Shown here: positions 1 to 10,619 of the stretch, in pieces
Numbering within the stretch: the stretch's first letter is position 1
Layout of the letters: each line of letters begins with the position of its first letter
Source: Reclinomonas americana ATCC 50394
Lineage: Eukaryota
Direction: 5' to 3'
NCBI GenBank assembly: GCA_048213135.1
Contig: PS015099.1
Location: 178,389-198,388, forward strand
Length of the DNA: 20,000 nt
Position numbers and translations under genes: made by a program
Notes under the pieces: model-generated
The model's input: only the letters and a program-made list of their open reading frames with translations
What the model was told of the DNA's origin: nothing
Database searches by the model: none

Positions 1-1737
1 GTGCCGGGGACGCTGACTGTTGGTGTGTTAACCTTCATGTGTTTTATAGAGTGCCATCTCTCTCTCTCTCTCTCTCTCTCCCCTTCTGCGTTTTTTGTAG
101 ATGCTCATGCTGATTTGTGGTGTGTGTGCAATGTGCAGTGGCTTTGGCGGAGTCGTTTTCGCCATCGTTAATACATCCGAACACTGCTGGCCAGACGGTG
201 ACAGTGACTGGGCGTGCGTTGACGGCAAGTGATACTGTGCGATTGGTGTCTGGCGGAACGTGCGTGAGTGGCACAACGACGTACAACATGACGAGTGGAG
301 CGTTGGGTGGGTCGGCTGGAGCGCGCACGCTGACCGTGTCGACGGGCAACACCAGTCTCGCGGCCGGATCGTATCTTGTGTGGTTCGTTTGTTGCCCTCA
401 TTTTTGTTTCTCTTCGTGCACTGCTTGTGTGACAATCCTCGTGTTTGTGTTTGCAGTTACTTGTACGGCGGAACAGGGACGCCAGTGCAAGTTGGCAGCA
501 CATCGCTTCTCGTCAGCAACGGTGAGTTCATTTACTCATGATAATATTAGCCAGCACACATGATTATTGACTGTCGTATTCTCGATCATATCAGCGTCGT
601 CGGCAACGACAAACGCCGCGTCAGCAGTGTCGTCGCTCACTGCGACACTGAATGGCCTGGTCACCAACGTTTCTGCTTCGGCCAGCAACAACTACTTTGA
701 GCTCGCGGTCGACAGCGGGGATTTCTNNNNNNNNNNNNNNNNNNNNAGATGGATCACACACTCAGCAAGACCTGAACCCACAACGCCATGTAAGATGCTC
801 TATCCGCCCGACAATTCACAGGACCTCCCTTTTCTTCTTCTTCCACTCACCGGTGGCGTACAGCCGATTACCGTTGACGACGACGCCAAACTGCACACAA
901 GAGTTGCGCCTCAGTTCGTTGTGCTGGAATCACAATACAACACAGCAAACGAAATCAATGAAGAACTACAAACCACATATTGCAACAGCGCACTCGCCAG
1001 TGGCCCGTTCACAGTGCCAGGCCCATGAACGACAGTTGAAACATCCATACTCGACAGGTCGAGTTGACGAATACTACCATGGCCGCCTTCGGCAACGTAC
1101 AGCACATCGCGCGTGATATCCAGAGCCACGCCGAATGTCGACTGGAAAGTCGCACTGAGCGCAGCTCCGTCATCTGATCCAATCACCCCAGTGCCCGCAA
1201 TCGTCGTCACTTGGTTCGTGGTCAGATTGATTTGTCGAATTATCATACTGATGCCAGAGCCAACATACAGCATATTGCGTGCCTGGTCCACCGCAAAGGA
1301 AGATGGCTGATTGAATGTAGCCGTCGATAAACAATCGCCGTTGGTGGTGCCGCTCGTATTTTGATGTCCGCAAAACAACGTCGCGCCAGTTCCGTCGCTC
1401 TTGATGCGACTGTATACGCGAACCTAGAAATCAGAGTCCGCATAACAGTCAACGAGCGTANNNNNNNNNNNNNNNNNNNNNNNNNNNNNNNNNNNNNNNN
1501 NNNNNNNNNNNNNNNNNNNNNNNNNNNNNNNNNNNNNNNNNNNNNNNNNNNNNNNNNNNNNNNNNNNNNNNNNNNNNNNNNNNNNNNNNNNNNNNNNNNN
1601 NNNNNNNNNNNNNNNNNNNNNNNNNNNNNNNNNNNNNNNNNNNNNNNNNNNNNNNNNNNNNNNNNNNNNNNNNNNNNNNNNNNNNNNNNNNNNNNNNNNN
1701 NNNNNNNNNNNNNNNNNNNNNCGTACGTACGTACGTA

Positions 1738-1797
<60 letters not shown>

Positions 1798-3259
1798 CTC
1801 GTGGATACGACAGCTGCCCTTGCGACGAGCGCTGCGGCGACAGCCGTGTCCACGTACACGGCTACAGTGAACGGGTCGATCACGAACAACTCTGGTGCGA
1901 CGAGCAGCAACTATTTCGAGTTGGCGCGATCGAGTAGTGATTTCACGACAGCGTCGTCGGTGACGACGTATGCTGGCACGCTGGGCACTCCTGGAACAAC
2001 CAATGGACCGCTTGCGAGTGCGCTGTTCAACGATCCGCGAGTTACGTCTCTGCTTCCTGCGTGATTGCTTGTGCTTATGAGCGACCGCGAATGATATTTC
2101 TCCTGACACTTGATTTCGTGATGCGTTTGCACTGCAGGGCATTGTTGGCGACTCTAAAGGCGATTTGTACCTTGTGGAAGCAGGGTTGCGTGCCTTTGCT
2201 GCGTCTTGCGCCGATGAGCCGGCGATCACTTCTCGCTGAATCTCTCTCTCTCTCCCCCTCTCTCTCTCCTATTCCTTGCTCTTGCGCAGCAATAACTGCA
2301 TTCGGTTTATCGATGTGTCGTCGGGCATGGTGTCGACGTTTGCTGGTGTGTGTGGAGCAACTGGAGCATTGGTGGATGGTGTGGCGACTACGGCGCGGTT
2401 CAACGGGTTCGTGTGGTTTTTTCATTTGAGGCTGTCGTTAGATTGAGGTCGGAGTGTGTGTCTGACATGTCGTCGATAATGTTTCGTGCGTGTGTGCAGT
2501 CCACGAGGCCTCGCCATTGATCTGGAGTCGAGCACGCTGTTTGTTGCTGATGTGCGTGAGACACCGGGCGATTCGTTCGCCTTGTTTCTATGTCATGTGT
2601 ACGCTAGTTACCACGATGCACACTTCTCGTTCCTTCTTGCCACCTTGCTGCGATTCTGTTGTTCTATTATGTCATTCCTTTTGAAAAAAACACGAATTCT
2701 CTTTATCTTGACTTGGCTGTAAACTGTTGGCCATGTGCGTCTCTGTGAACTCACTTCTGTTTTCACAGTCATCAAACAACGCACTACGACGAGTGTCGTC
2801 GACTGGGTACACAACGACGCTGGTCACGAGCAGTAGTGCGACACCGGCTCCGGACTTCATCTACAGTGTGGTGTACGACGCGGGCAACGAAGTGTTGTAC
2901 TTTTCCGAGTTCATCCAGCATGCTGTGCGGTGAGTGGCTGGTGGAAAGTAAGCCTGGAGCAGCAGAGTGCAAGAGAGATTTTATTTATCAGTGAGTTGGT
3001 AGGATAATGTCAGAAAGTGCCAGGCTGACCATCTCTTTTGTGGCTTTCGTGTTTGTGGTGGTCTTTTTCGACGGGGTTTCTATCTCTATGTCATTTGCGT
3101 TTACTGAACCCTCTGTGTNNNNNNNNNNNNNNNNNNNNNNNNNNNNNNNNNNNNNNNNNNNNNNNNNNNNNNNNNNNNNNNNNNNNNNNNNNNNNNNNNN
3201 NNNNNNNNNNNNNNNNNNNNNNNNNNNNNNNNNNNNNNNNNNNNNNNNNNNNNNNNNNN

Positions 3260-3317
<58 letters not shown>

Positions 3318-5558
3318 AGTGGCTTCGGCGGAGTCGTTTACTCCATCGACGATCACGCCGAATACGGCCGGGCAGACGGTGACGGTGACTGGGCGAGCAT
3401 TGTCAGCAAGTGATGCTGTGCGATTGGTGTCTGGCGGAACGTGCGTGAGTGGCACGACGACGTACAACATGACGAGTGGAGCTGTGAGTGGGTCGGCTGG
3501 AGCGCGCACGCTGACTGTGTCGACGGGCAACACCAGTCTGGCGGCCGGATCTTATCTTGTGTGGTACGCTCACTGTATTGCGTTTTGTGACTCTCCTTGT
3601 GCAGTACTTGTGTGTCACCCTCGTGTTTGTGTTTGCAGTTACTTGTACGGCGGAACGGGTACGCCAGTGCAAGTTGGCAGCACGTCTTTAACCGTTGCAA
3701 CAGGTGTGTTCTATGTTGTATCACTTTGCATCCATTTTCCCGCTTTTCACTCTCTCCTTTGGCAACAGGAACAAGCGTGACGAGCTTCACGCCGAGCAAC
3801 ATCATTGCGGAGACGAGTGGAGTGCAAGTGACTGTGAGTGGCAGTGGTCTGGCGGATGCGGATGTGGTGCAAGTTCAGAGTGCGGGATCGTGCACGGGTG
3901 CTGGCACCGTGCTGTCTCTCGTTTCGACGGCTGCCGATGGACTGACCACGATTCGGCAAACCACGAGCACGTCGCTTGCGGCGGGATCGTACTGGGTGTG
4001 GTGCGTGTGTTTGTGTCGTTCGGATTGGAAGACATGCATGTGTGCAACGAGCGAAGAAGCGTTCGTGCTTTAGCAAGCAAGCAAGAGAGTTAGAGAGAGA
4101 GAGAGGGAGAAGAAGATCTACGAACGAGATTGCATGTTTCGTCTTGAACTGATCAGACTGGCGTGTGTTTCTCGCACAGCATTCACTTTGCGAGCGCGGG
4201 TGCGGGTGTCTGGCAGCAAGTGCCGGGCGTACTGACAGTAGGTGCGTGTCTGTGTGGCATGTGTTGAACTGAGAACTGTCACCCTTCTTCTCTCTCTCTC
4301 TCTCTCTGTGTGTGTATGTGTGTGTGTATGTGTGCGTGTGTATGTGTGTGTATATGTGTGTGTTGTGTGTGTGTGTTGTTTTTCGTAACGAGTTGACCTC
4401 ATGCTGATTGTGATGTGTGATGTGCAGTGGCGTCGGCGGAGTCGTTTTCTCCGTCGACGATTACACCCAACACGGCTGGCCAGACGGTGACGGTGACTGG
4501 GCGAGCATTGTCAGCAAGTGATGCTGTGCGATTGGTGTCTGGTGGCACGTGCGTGAGCGGCACGACGACGTACAACATGACGAGCGGAGCAGTGGGTGGG
4601 TCGGCTGGAGCGCGCACGCTGACTGTGTCGACGGGCAACACGAGTCTGGCGGCCGGATCGTATCTCGTGTGGTTCGTTTCTGCATTCAGTGTGCGACTCT
4701 CCTTGGGTACTGTTGTTGTGACATCCTCGTGTTTCGGTGCAGTTACTTGTACGGCGGAACGGGGACGCCAGTGCAAGTTGGCAGCACGTTGCTTCTCGTA
4801 AGCAATGGTTTGTTCGTTTTCATGATATTATCCTCATTACGCATGATTATTGACTGATGTATTCTCGATCGTCTCAGCGTCGTCGGCAACGACAAACGCC
4901 GCGTCAGCAGTGTCGTCGCTCACTGCGACACTGAATGGTCTGGTCACCAACATTTCTGCGTCGGCCAGCAACAACTACTTTGAGCTTGCGGTCGACAGCG
5001 GGGATTTCTCGACGGCGTCCGCGGTCAGCACCTTTGCTGGCAGCTATAATACCAACGGTTTCAAGAACGACGATCGACTGCATGCGATGTTCAATGGCCC
5101 ACTTGTTGAGTAACTGATCGCATGATTTACCATGCAACATGCTATGTATGAGTTTTTTTCCGATCTTGATCTCATGTGTTTTCATTTGTTAGGGAATGAC
5201 AACGGATGCACGCGGCAATCTGTATGTCGCCGACTACCTGTTGCGTTGATGCCCGCATGTATTGCCATGATGACGCAGACCTGATTTGACTCTGGTGTGT
5301 GCTTCCGTGCAGCAATCAATGCATCCGATTTGTCGACATTCACTCTGGAGATGTGTCGACATACACTGGCGGATGTGGCCAGACGCACGACTATGTGAAC
5401 GGCGGTCCGTCTGTTGCTCGATTCTATAAGTTGCGTTGAATTGCTGCTGTTGTGCGCGCGCGGGGTTCCTCTCTCGTTANNNNNNNNNNNNNNNNNNNNN
5501 NNNNNNNNNNNNNNNNNNNNNNNNNNNNNNNNNNNNNNNNNNNNNNNNNNTCCTCCTC

Positions 5559-5621
<63 letters not shown>

Positions 5622-8600
5622 TTTCCCGTTGTCTTTTGCTTTCCGTCGCCGCTGATCGCTTCCACCACACAGGCCGACAACAACGCCGTTCGTAAAGTGA
5701 CCTCAGATCGGACGACGTCCACCTTGGTGGACAACAGCACCAATTTGAATGGCTCGCCTCTGATCGACAGTGCGTTCATTGTCGCCTACGATTCATCGTC
5801 GCAATTCGTGTACTTTAGCTCGTACAACACGCACACCATTCGGTACGTAAAGTCGCGTATTAACTGTGTTTGCACTCTGACCCCATTATTTGGCGCACAC
5901 AGTCGCATCAAGAGTGACGGGACTGGCGCGATTGTGTTCTGCGGACAACACACGACGGGTGGCACTACCGATGGCGACTGCGCGACGGCAGCTAAATTCA
6001 CTCTACCGTCTTCGATTGCGGTCGATCAGGCACGCAATGTGCTGTATGTCGGCTCTGGTTCCAACGTGGTAATTCGACAAATCAATCTGACCACGAACCA
6101 AGTGACGACGATTGCGGGCACTGGGGCTGCTGGATCAGGTGATGGAGCTGCACTCAGTGCGACTTTCCAGTCGACATTCGGCGTGGTTCTGGATATCACG
6201 CGCGATGTGTTGTACGTTGCCGAACGCGACCGTGGCAGCGTCCGCCAGCTCAACCTGTCGAGCATGAACGTCTCGACCGTTGTCAACGGCCCGAGTGGCA
6301 GTGTCAACGGGCCACTGGCAAATGCGCAATTCAACTTTGCGGTGAGTATCTTGCTTCTCTGCTGCGCTATGGTTTCTCTCGTGAGTCCAAAGGAATGGAC
6401 TGACACGCTACTCTTGTGTGCAGTTTGGCATCATCGTCGACGGTAATCGGTTGTATGTCACCGGTGAGTCAGAAAATGAGCAGAGGGGAGGGCTTGTGAA
6501 CTGCTGGAGGTATTGAGCATCTTACACGTGGGATTGTTGGTACAGACTTCAGCGCATGTGTGGTCCATCTCATCAAGTTGCAACCATCAACTGCACGGAT
6601 CACGGCATCGCCGAGCACGACCGGGGCCGGCTCTTCTGCGTCGATATCCAAGGCTGTCGCGCAACTCAACAGCGGAGCGACGTACTACTTCCGTGCGGTG
6701 ACTGTGTTGTCCGACTCGACGGTGCTTACCGGATCGACGCTGTCGTTTACGAGTGCGTCTGCGCGTGTGTGTATGATATATATTTGTGATTGATGGACTG
6801 CAATATCTAACACATGCCGTGATGTGGTATGCAGCAACTGGAGCACTGACGACAGGGTTCTCGCCGACGTCGATTGCAGCGACGACGAGCAATGTGCAGA
6901 TTGTGGTGACGGGTGTGAACTTGTTGGCGAGCGATGTGGTGCAAGTGGAGTCTGGAGCGTCGTGCAGCGGCAGTGGGACGGCGCTGACGCACGTGTCGGT
7001 GTCGAGTGACGGGACAACGAAAACAGTCAAGACGCCGAGTCCGTCGACGGCACTGACGAATGGATTGGACTCTGTGTGGTACGTGGGTGTGAAGGAAGAG
7101 AGGGAGAGGGAGATAGGAAAGGGGAAGAAGTAGAAGGAGCAGAAGAAGAAGGAAGAGAGAGAGAGATAGGACGAAGGAGATGGAGAGAGAGAGAGAGAGT
7201 GAAGAAGAAGAGAGAAAAATGAGGAGGTGGACGAGGATAGAGAGTTGTGGAACTCGGTGCGTTTTCTGACGTATTGTTCTTGTTGATGTCACTGTTATTA
7301 TTGCTGTTGTGCGTGTTCAGTTACTTGTATGGAGGCGTGGGCGCGGCGGAGCGTGTCGGAACGACGTCGCTTGTTATCGGCAATGGTTTGTTGGATGTTC
7401 GGGGCGCATTTTGCCTGTTGTCGCATGTCGTTGATATTTCTCTCTCTCTCTCTCTCTCTGTGGGACAGCTGCCCTTGCGACGAGCAGCGCGGCGACTGCA
7501 GTGTCTACGTACACGGCGACGGTGAACGGGTCGATCACGAACAACTCTGGTGCGACGAGCAGCAACTATTTCGAGTTGGCGCGATCGAGCAGTGATTTCA
7601 CGACAGCGTCGTCGGTGACGACGTATGCTGGTACGCTGGGCACTCCTGGAACAACCAATGGACCGCTTGCGAGTGTGCTGTTCAACGATCCGCGAGTTGC
7701 GTCTCTGCTTCCTGCGTGATTGCTTGTGCTTATGAGCGACCGCGAATGATATTTCTCCTGACACTTGATTTCGTGATGCGTTTGCACTGCAGGCTATTGT
7801 TGGCGACTCTGAAGGCAATTTGTACCTTGTGGAAGCAGTGTTGCGTGCCTTTGCTGCATCTTGCGCCGATGAGCCGGCGATCACTCGTCGCTGACTCTCT
7901 CTCTCTCCCCCCTCCTCTCTCTCTCTCTCTTCTTCCTTAATGCGTGTCATTGCTCTTGCGCAGCAATAATTGCGTTCGGTTTATCGATGTGTCGTCGGGC
8001 ATGGTGTCGACGTTTGCTGGTGTGTGTGGAGCAACTGGAGCATTGGTGGATGGTGTGGCGACTACGGCGCGGTTCAACGGGTTCGTGTGGTTTTTTTGAT
8101 TTGAGGCTGTCGTCAGATTGAGGTCGTGTTGTGTGTCTGACGTGTCGTCGATAATGTTTCGTGCGCGTGTGCAGTCCACGCGGCATCGCCATTGATCTGG
8201 AGTCGAGTACCCTGTTTGTTGCTGATGTACGTAAGATTATTAACTCTCTCCCTATCTCTGTTCCTGTTCCCGTGACTCTGTATTCTATCGATTCATTCCG
8301 TTTTCATCCCCTTCGTTGCTGTATTCGCTTCTGCTTGGCTGTTGGGTATTGATCTTCTGCGTCTCTGCGTGCTCACCCGCTTGCCGTCGTAGTCGTCAAA
8401 CAACGCCATTCGTCGCGTGTCGTCGACTGGGTACACGACATCATTAGTCACGAGCAGCAGTGCCACTCCCGCTCCAGACTTCATCTACAGTGTGGTGTAC
8501 GATGCGGGCAACGAGGTGTTGTACTTCTCCGAGATTAACACGCATACAGTAAGGTTAGTGGCAGGTGGGAAATGAGCATGGTACAGCCGAATGCAAGGGA

Positions 8601-10447
8601 GTAGAAATTATGTTTCTGTGTGGAGTGTGATCCTTGAGCAGCATTTGTACTCATCTCTGTTTGAGCTGCCCTTCCGCTTCTCCGTGTGCTTCTCTGATAC
8701 AACTGTCGGCGATGGAACACGTTCACTCATGATTTTATCTTTGTATTCCCCCCTTTTTCACAGGCGTGTGAACGCCGACGGCTCGTCCCTCACACTACTG
8801 TGCGGTCAATACGGCACTTCTGGCGCTGCCGACGGCGACTGCTCAACCACTACACCGACATTCAACGAACCCGCGGGACTGGCACTCGACCTGTCAGTCA
8901 ACAAACTATACGTGGGGTCACGTAACGGACGTAAGATTCGTCAACTGGACTTGGCGGCGAGCCCACTGCAGCTTGGCACTCTGGTTGGCCAGGATACTAT
9001 TGGGTACACTGTGGGCCCCGCTGCAACTGCCAAGTTCTCCGATCCACGCGCGCTGTACCTGGACGAAGTGCGACGGATTCTGTTCATTGCAGACGTGTCA
9101 GTCGGCGTCAAGCAACTCGATCTCAATACCATGATCGTGTCGGCCCTCACAGTTGCTGCCCTAAGCGCACAGCCTGTCGACGGACCGTTGATGGATGCCA
9201 TTGTGTCCACGCCGGTGCGTGCGAACGTAGTGGAGTGTGTATTATTATCTTCCTTTCTCTCTCCCCCTCCCTTCTCTCTGGTGCGTATGCGTGCGCCTTT
9301 GAGCGATATTCGTGCTTGCTCGTTAGTCGATCGTGTTCACATCTTTATGAATTGTAGCTTCGTGCGCAACAGCTAGTTGCCGTACAGTATGTGGCAATGT
9401 GTGTCACTGATGTACTTACTTGCTCTTTTACAGTTTGGCATGTATTTGGCGCAAGGCAATCAACTGTATGTGACTGGTCAGTTGCAGATTTTTTGCGCGC
9501 TCGGCTGATTGACGGCGACTGTCTCGCTCACTGTGTTCATTTGTATTAGAGTTTATCGGTTCTCCTGGAATTGGCAACATCATTCGATTGATCACGCTTC
9601 AGCCTGGAGAGTGCCGCATCACTGCTGGTCCACCGACAAGTGCGTCTGGATCGACCGTCAGCATCAGTGATGCACTGTCGCAGCTGACGCCTGGATCGGC
9701 CAACTATTTCCGTGCGGTGACTGTGCTGTCGGATTCGACTGTGGTGGCCGGGTCGACGCTGTCGTTCACGACGAGTTGCGTTGGCGGAGTGGGTGGTTCC
9801 CTTTGCGCAACTCATGTTGACTTTGCTCTCGTCCCGCGTCGTGATTAGATGTTGCGCCATCGACGACGAGCTTTTCGCCGAGCAGCATTACTGCGGAGAC
9901 GAGTGGCGTGCAGATTGTTGTGACGGGCACTGCGTTGGTAACGTCGGATGTGGTGCAAGTGGAACTGGGAGCGGACTGCACTGGCGCGGGTACAGCACTG
10001 TCGTCGGTGTCTGTGGGCGGCGGCGGGACGACGAAGACAGTGCAGACAAGTGGCGTGTCGCTGGCAGTGGGATCGTATGCTGTGTGGTGCGTTTTGCGAA
10101 GAGACCAGGAGAGAATTGGAGAGAGAGGGAGAGGGAGAGTACGAGAATGCGGAGAGGGATGAGAAGAGTCGATACATGAGATGTCAGTGCGGTTGTTTGC
10201 GTGTTTGAGGGAGGCGATGAGAAGAAAAGAGGTGACGGTTGTTAGAGGATGTAGTTGTTGTGTTGGGTGTTTGCATTGACGAGTAGCTGGGGTCAATAGA
10301 TAGACAGTGTGGAGCAAGATGGAAGAGGGAGAGTAGAGTATGGCATCATCAAGCCGACTTGGTACGAAACTTACTTCTTCGATCTTTACAGCATCCAGTT
10401 TGGAGGAACGGGACTGTGGAGCACTGTGCCGGGGACGCTGACTGTTG
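1..10447 (+). CDS. Giant repetitive, probably extracellular protein (5' and 3' partial): Ig/IPT-like domains alternating with FN3-like domains that contain inserted NHL beta-propellers
   Basis: Phase-consistent exons: 1-22, 139-382, 457-521, 595-726(gap), 1814-2040, 2138-2184, 2290-2406, 2500-2551, 2769-2929, (gap), 3320-3563, 3639-3703, 3769-4000, 4160-4221, 4428-4671, 4743-4807, 4878-5104, 5193-5239, 5313-5429, (one exon probably in gap 5480-5550), 5673-5842, 5903-6341, 6424-6463, 6546-6752, 6835-7078, 7321-7385, 7469-7695, 7793-7839, 7964-8080, 8175-8226, 8393-8553, 8764-9214, 9434-9476, 9550-9774, 9849-10086, 10392-10447. NHL motifs include FNDPRGIVGDSKGDLYLVE, FNGPRGLAIDLESSTLFVAD, FNEPAGLALDLSVNKLYVG and FSDPRALYLDEVRRILFIAD. 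No start, stop, signal peptide or TM segment is visible; continuity across the gaps is assumed. Confidence 0.85.
139..521 (+). repeat. Ig/IPT-like module type X, copy 1 (other copies 3320-3703, 4428-4807)
   Basis: ESFSPSLIHPNTAGQTVTVTGRALTASDTVRLVSGGTC...LAAGSYLVC|YLYGGTGTPVQVGSTSLLVSN; near-identical DNA in three copies, two Cys, exons of 244+65 nt each time. Confidence 0.85.
747..1409 (-). CDS. Inverted fragment of the NHL propeller type A (second half), paralogous to 5903-6570
   Basis: Minus-strand exons 1409-974, 890-851 and 771-747 match plus-strand exons 5903-6341, 6424-6463 and 6546 onward in sequence and intron phase (RIKSDGTGATLFCGHQ...FAVDQARNMLYVG...FQSTFGVALDITRDVLYVAE). N gaps lie on both sides. 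Confidence 0.85.
1722..1791. repeat. (CGTA)4 followed by a (CT)n microsatellite in an intron at a gap edge
   Basis: Seen directly; similar (CT)n tracts at about 56-81, 5560-5618 and 7438-7459. Confidence 0.95.
1814..2929 (+). repeat. FN3::NHL module type B, copy 1 (truncated by gap 3119-3259)
   Basis: Exon sizes 227/47/117/52/161 nt, identical to 7469-8553; very high DNA identity including introns up to about 2551. Confidence 0.85.
3263..3315. repeat. (GT)n microsatellite directly upstream of a 3' splice site
   Basis: Seen directly; a compound (CT)n(GT)n tract also lies at about 4286-4378. Confidence 0.95.
3769..4221 (+). repeat. Ig/IPT-like module type Y (related copies 6835-7385, 9849-10447; the tail of another at 1-22)
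   Basis: TSFTPSNIIAETSGVQVTVSGSGLADADVVQVQSAGSC...GSYWVC|IHF...VPGVLTV; the same phase-2 intron splits the Cys codon as in type X. Confidence 0.8.
4878..6752 (+). repeat. FN3::NHL module type A, near-complete copy (copy 1 starts at 595)
   Basis: ATTNAASAVSSLTATLNGLVTNISASASNNYFELA [NHL blades] ...SISKAVAQLNSGATYYFRAVTVLSDSTVLTGSTLSFT. Confidence 0.8.
7469..9774 (+). repeat. FN3::NHL module type B, complete copy
   Basis: ATSSAATAVSTYTATVNGSITNNSGATSSNYFELA [about six NHL blades] ...SISDALSQLTPGSANYFRAVTVLSDSTVVAGSTLSFTT; eight phase-consistent exons. Confidence 0.85.
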
Positions 10448-10619
10448 GTGTGTTAACCTTCGTGTGTTTTATAGAGAGTGCAATCTCTCTNNNNNNNNNN
10501 NNNNNNNNNNNNNNNNNNNNNNNNNNNNNNNNNNNNNNNNNNNNNNNNNNNNNNNNNNNNNNNNNNNNNNNNNNNNNNNNNNNNNNNNNNNNNNNNNNNN
10601 NNNNNNAACCACGGCTCAC

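Noticed and set aside
7085-7245. Purine-rich GA tract that translates as E/R/K-rich or Leu/Ser-rich ORFs
   Set aside because: Lies inside intron 7079-7320; low-complexity sequence
139-10447. Repeated blocks considered as a CRISPR array or transposon copies
   Set aside because: They are spliced coding modules with conserved intron phases; no repeat-spacer structure, terminal repeats or transposase/RT
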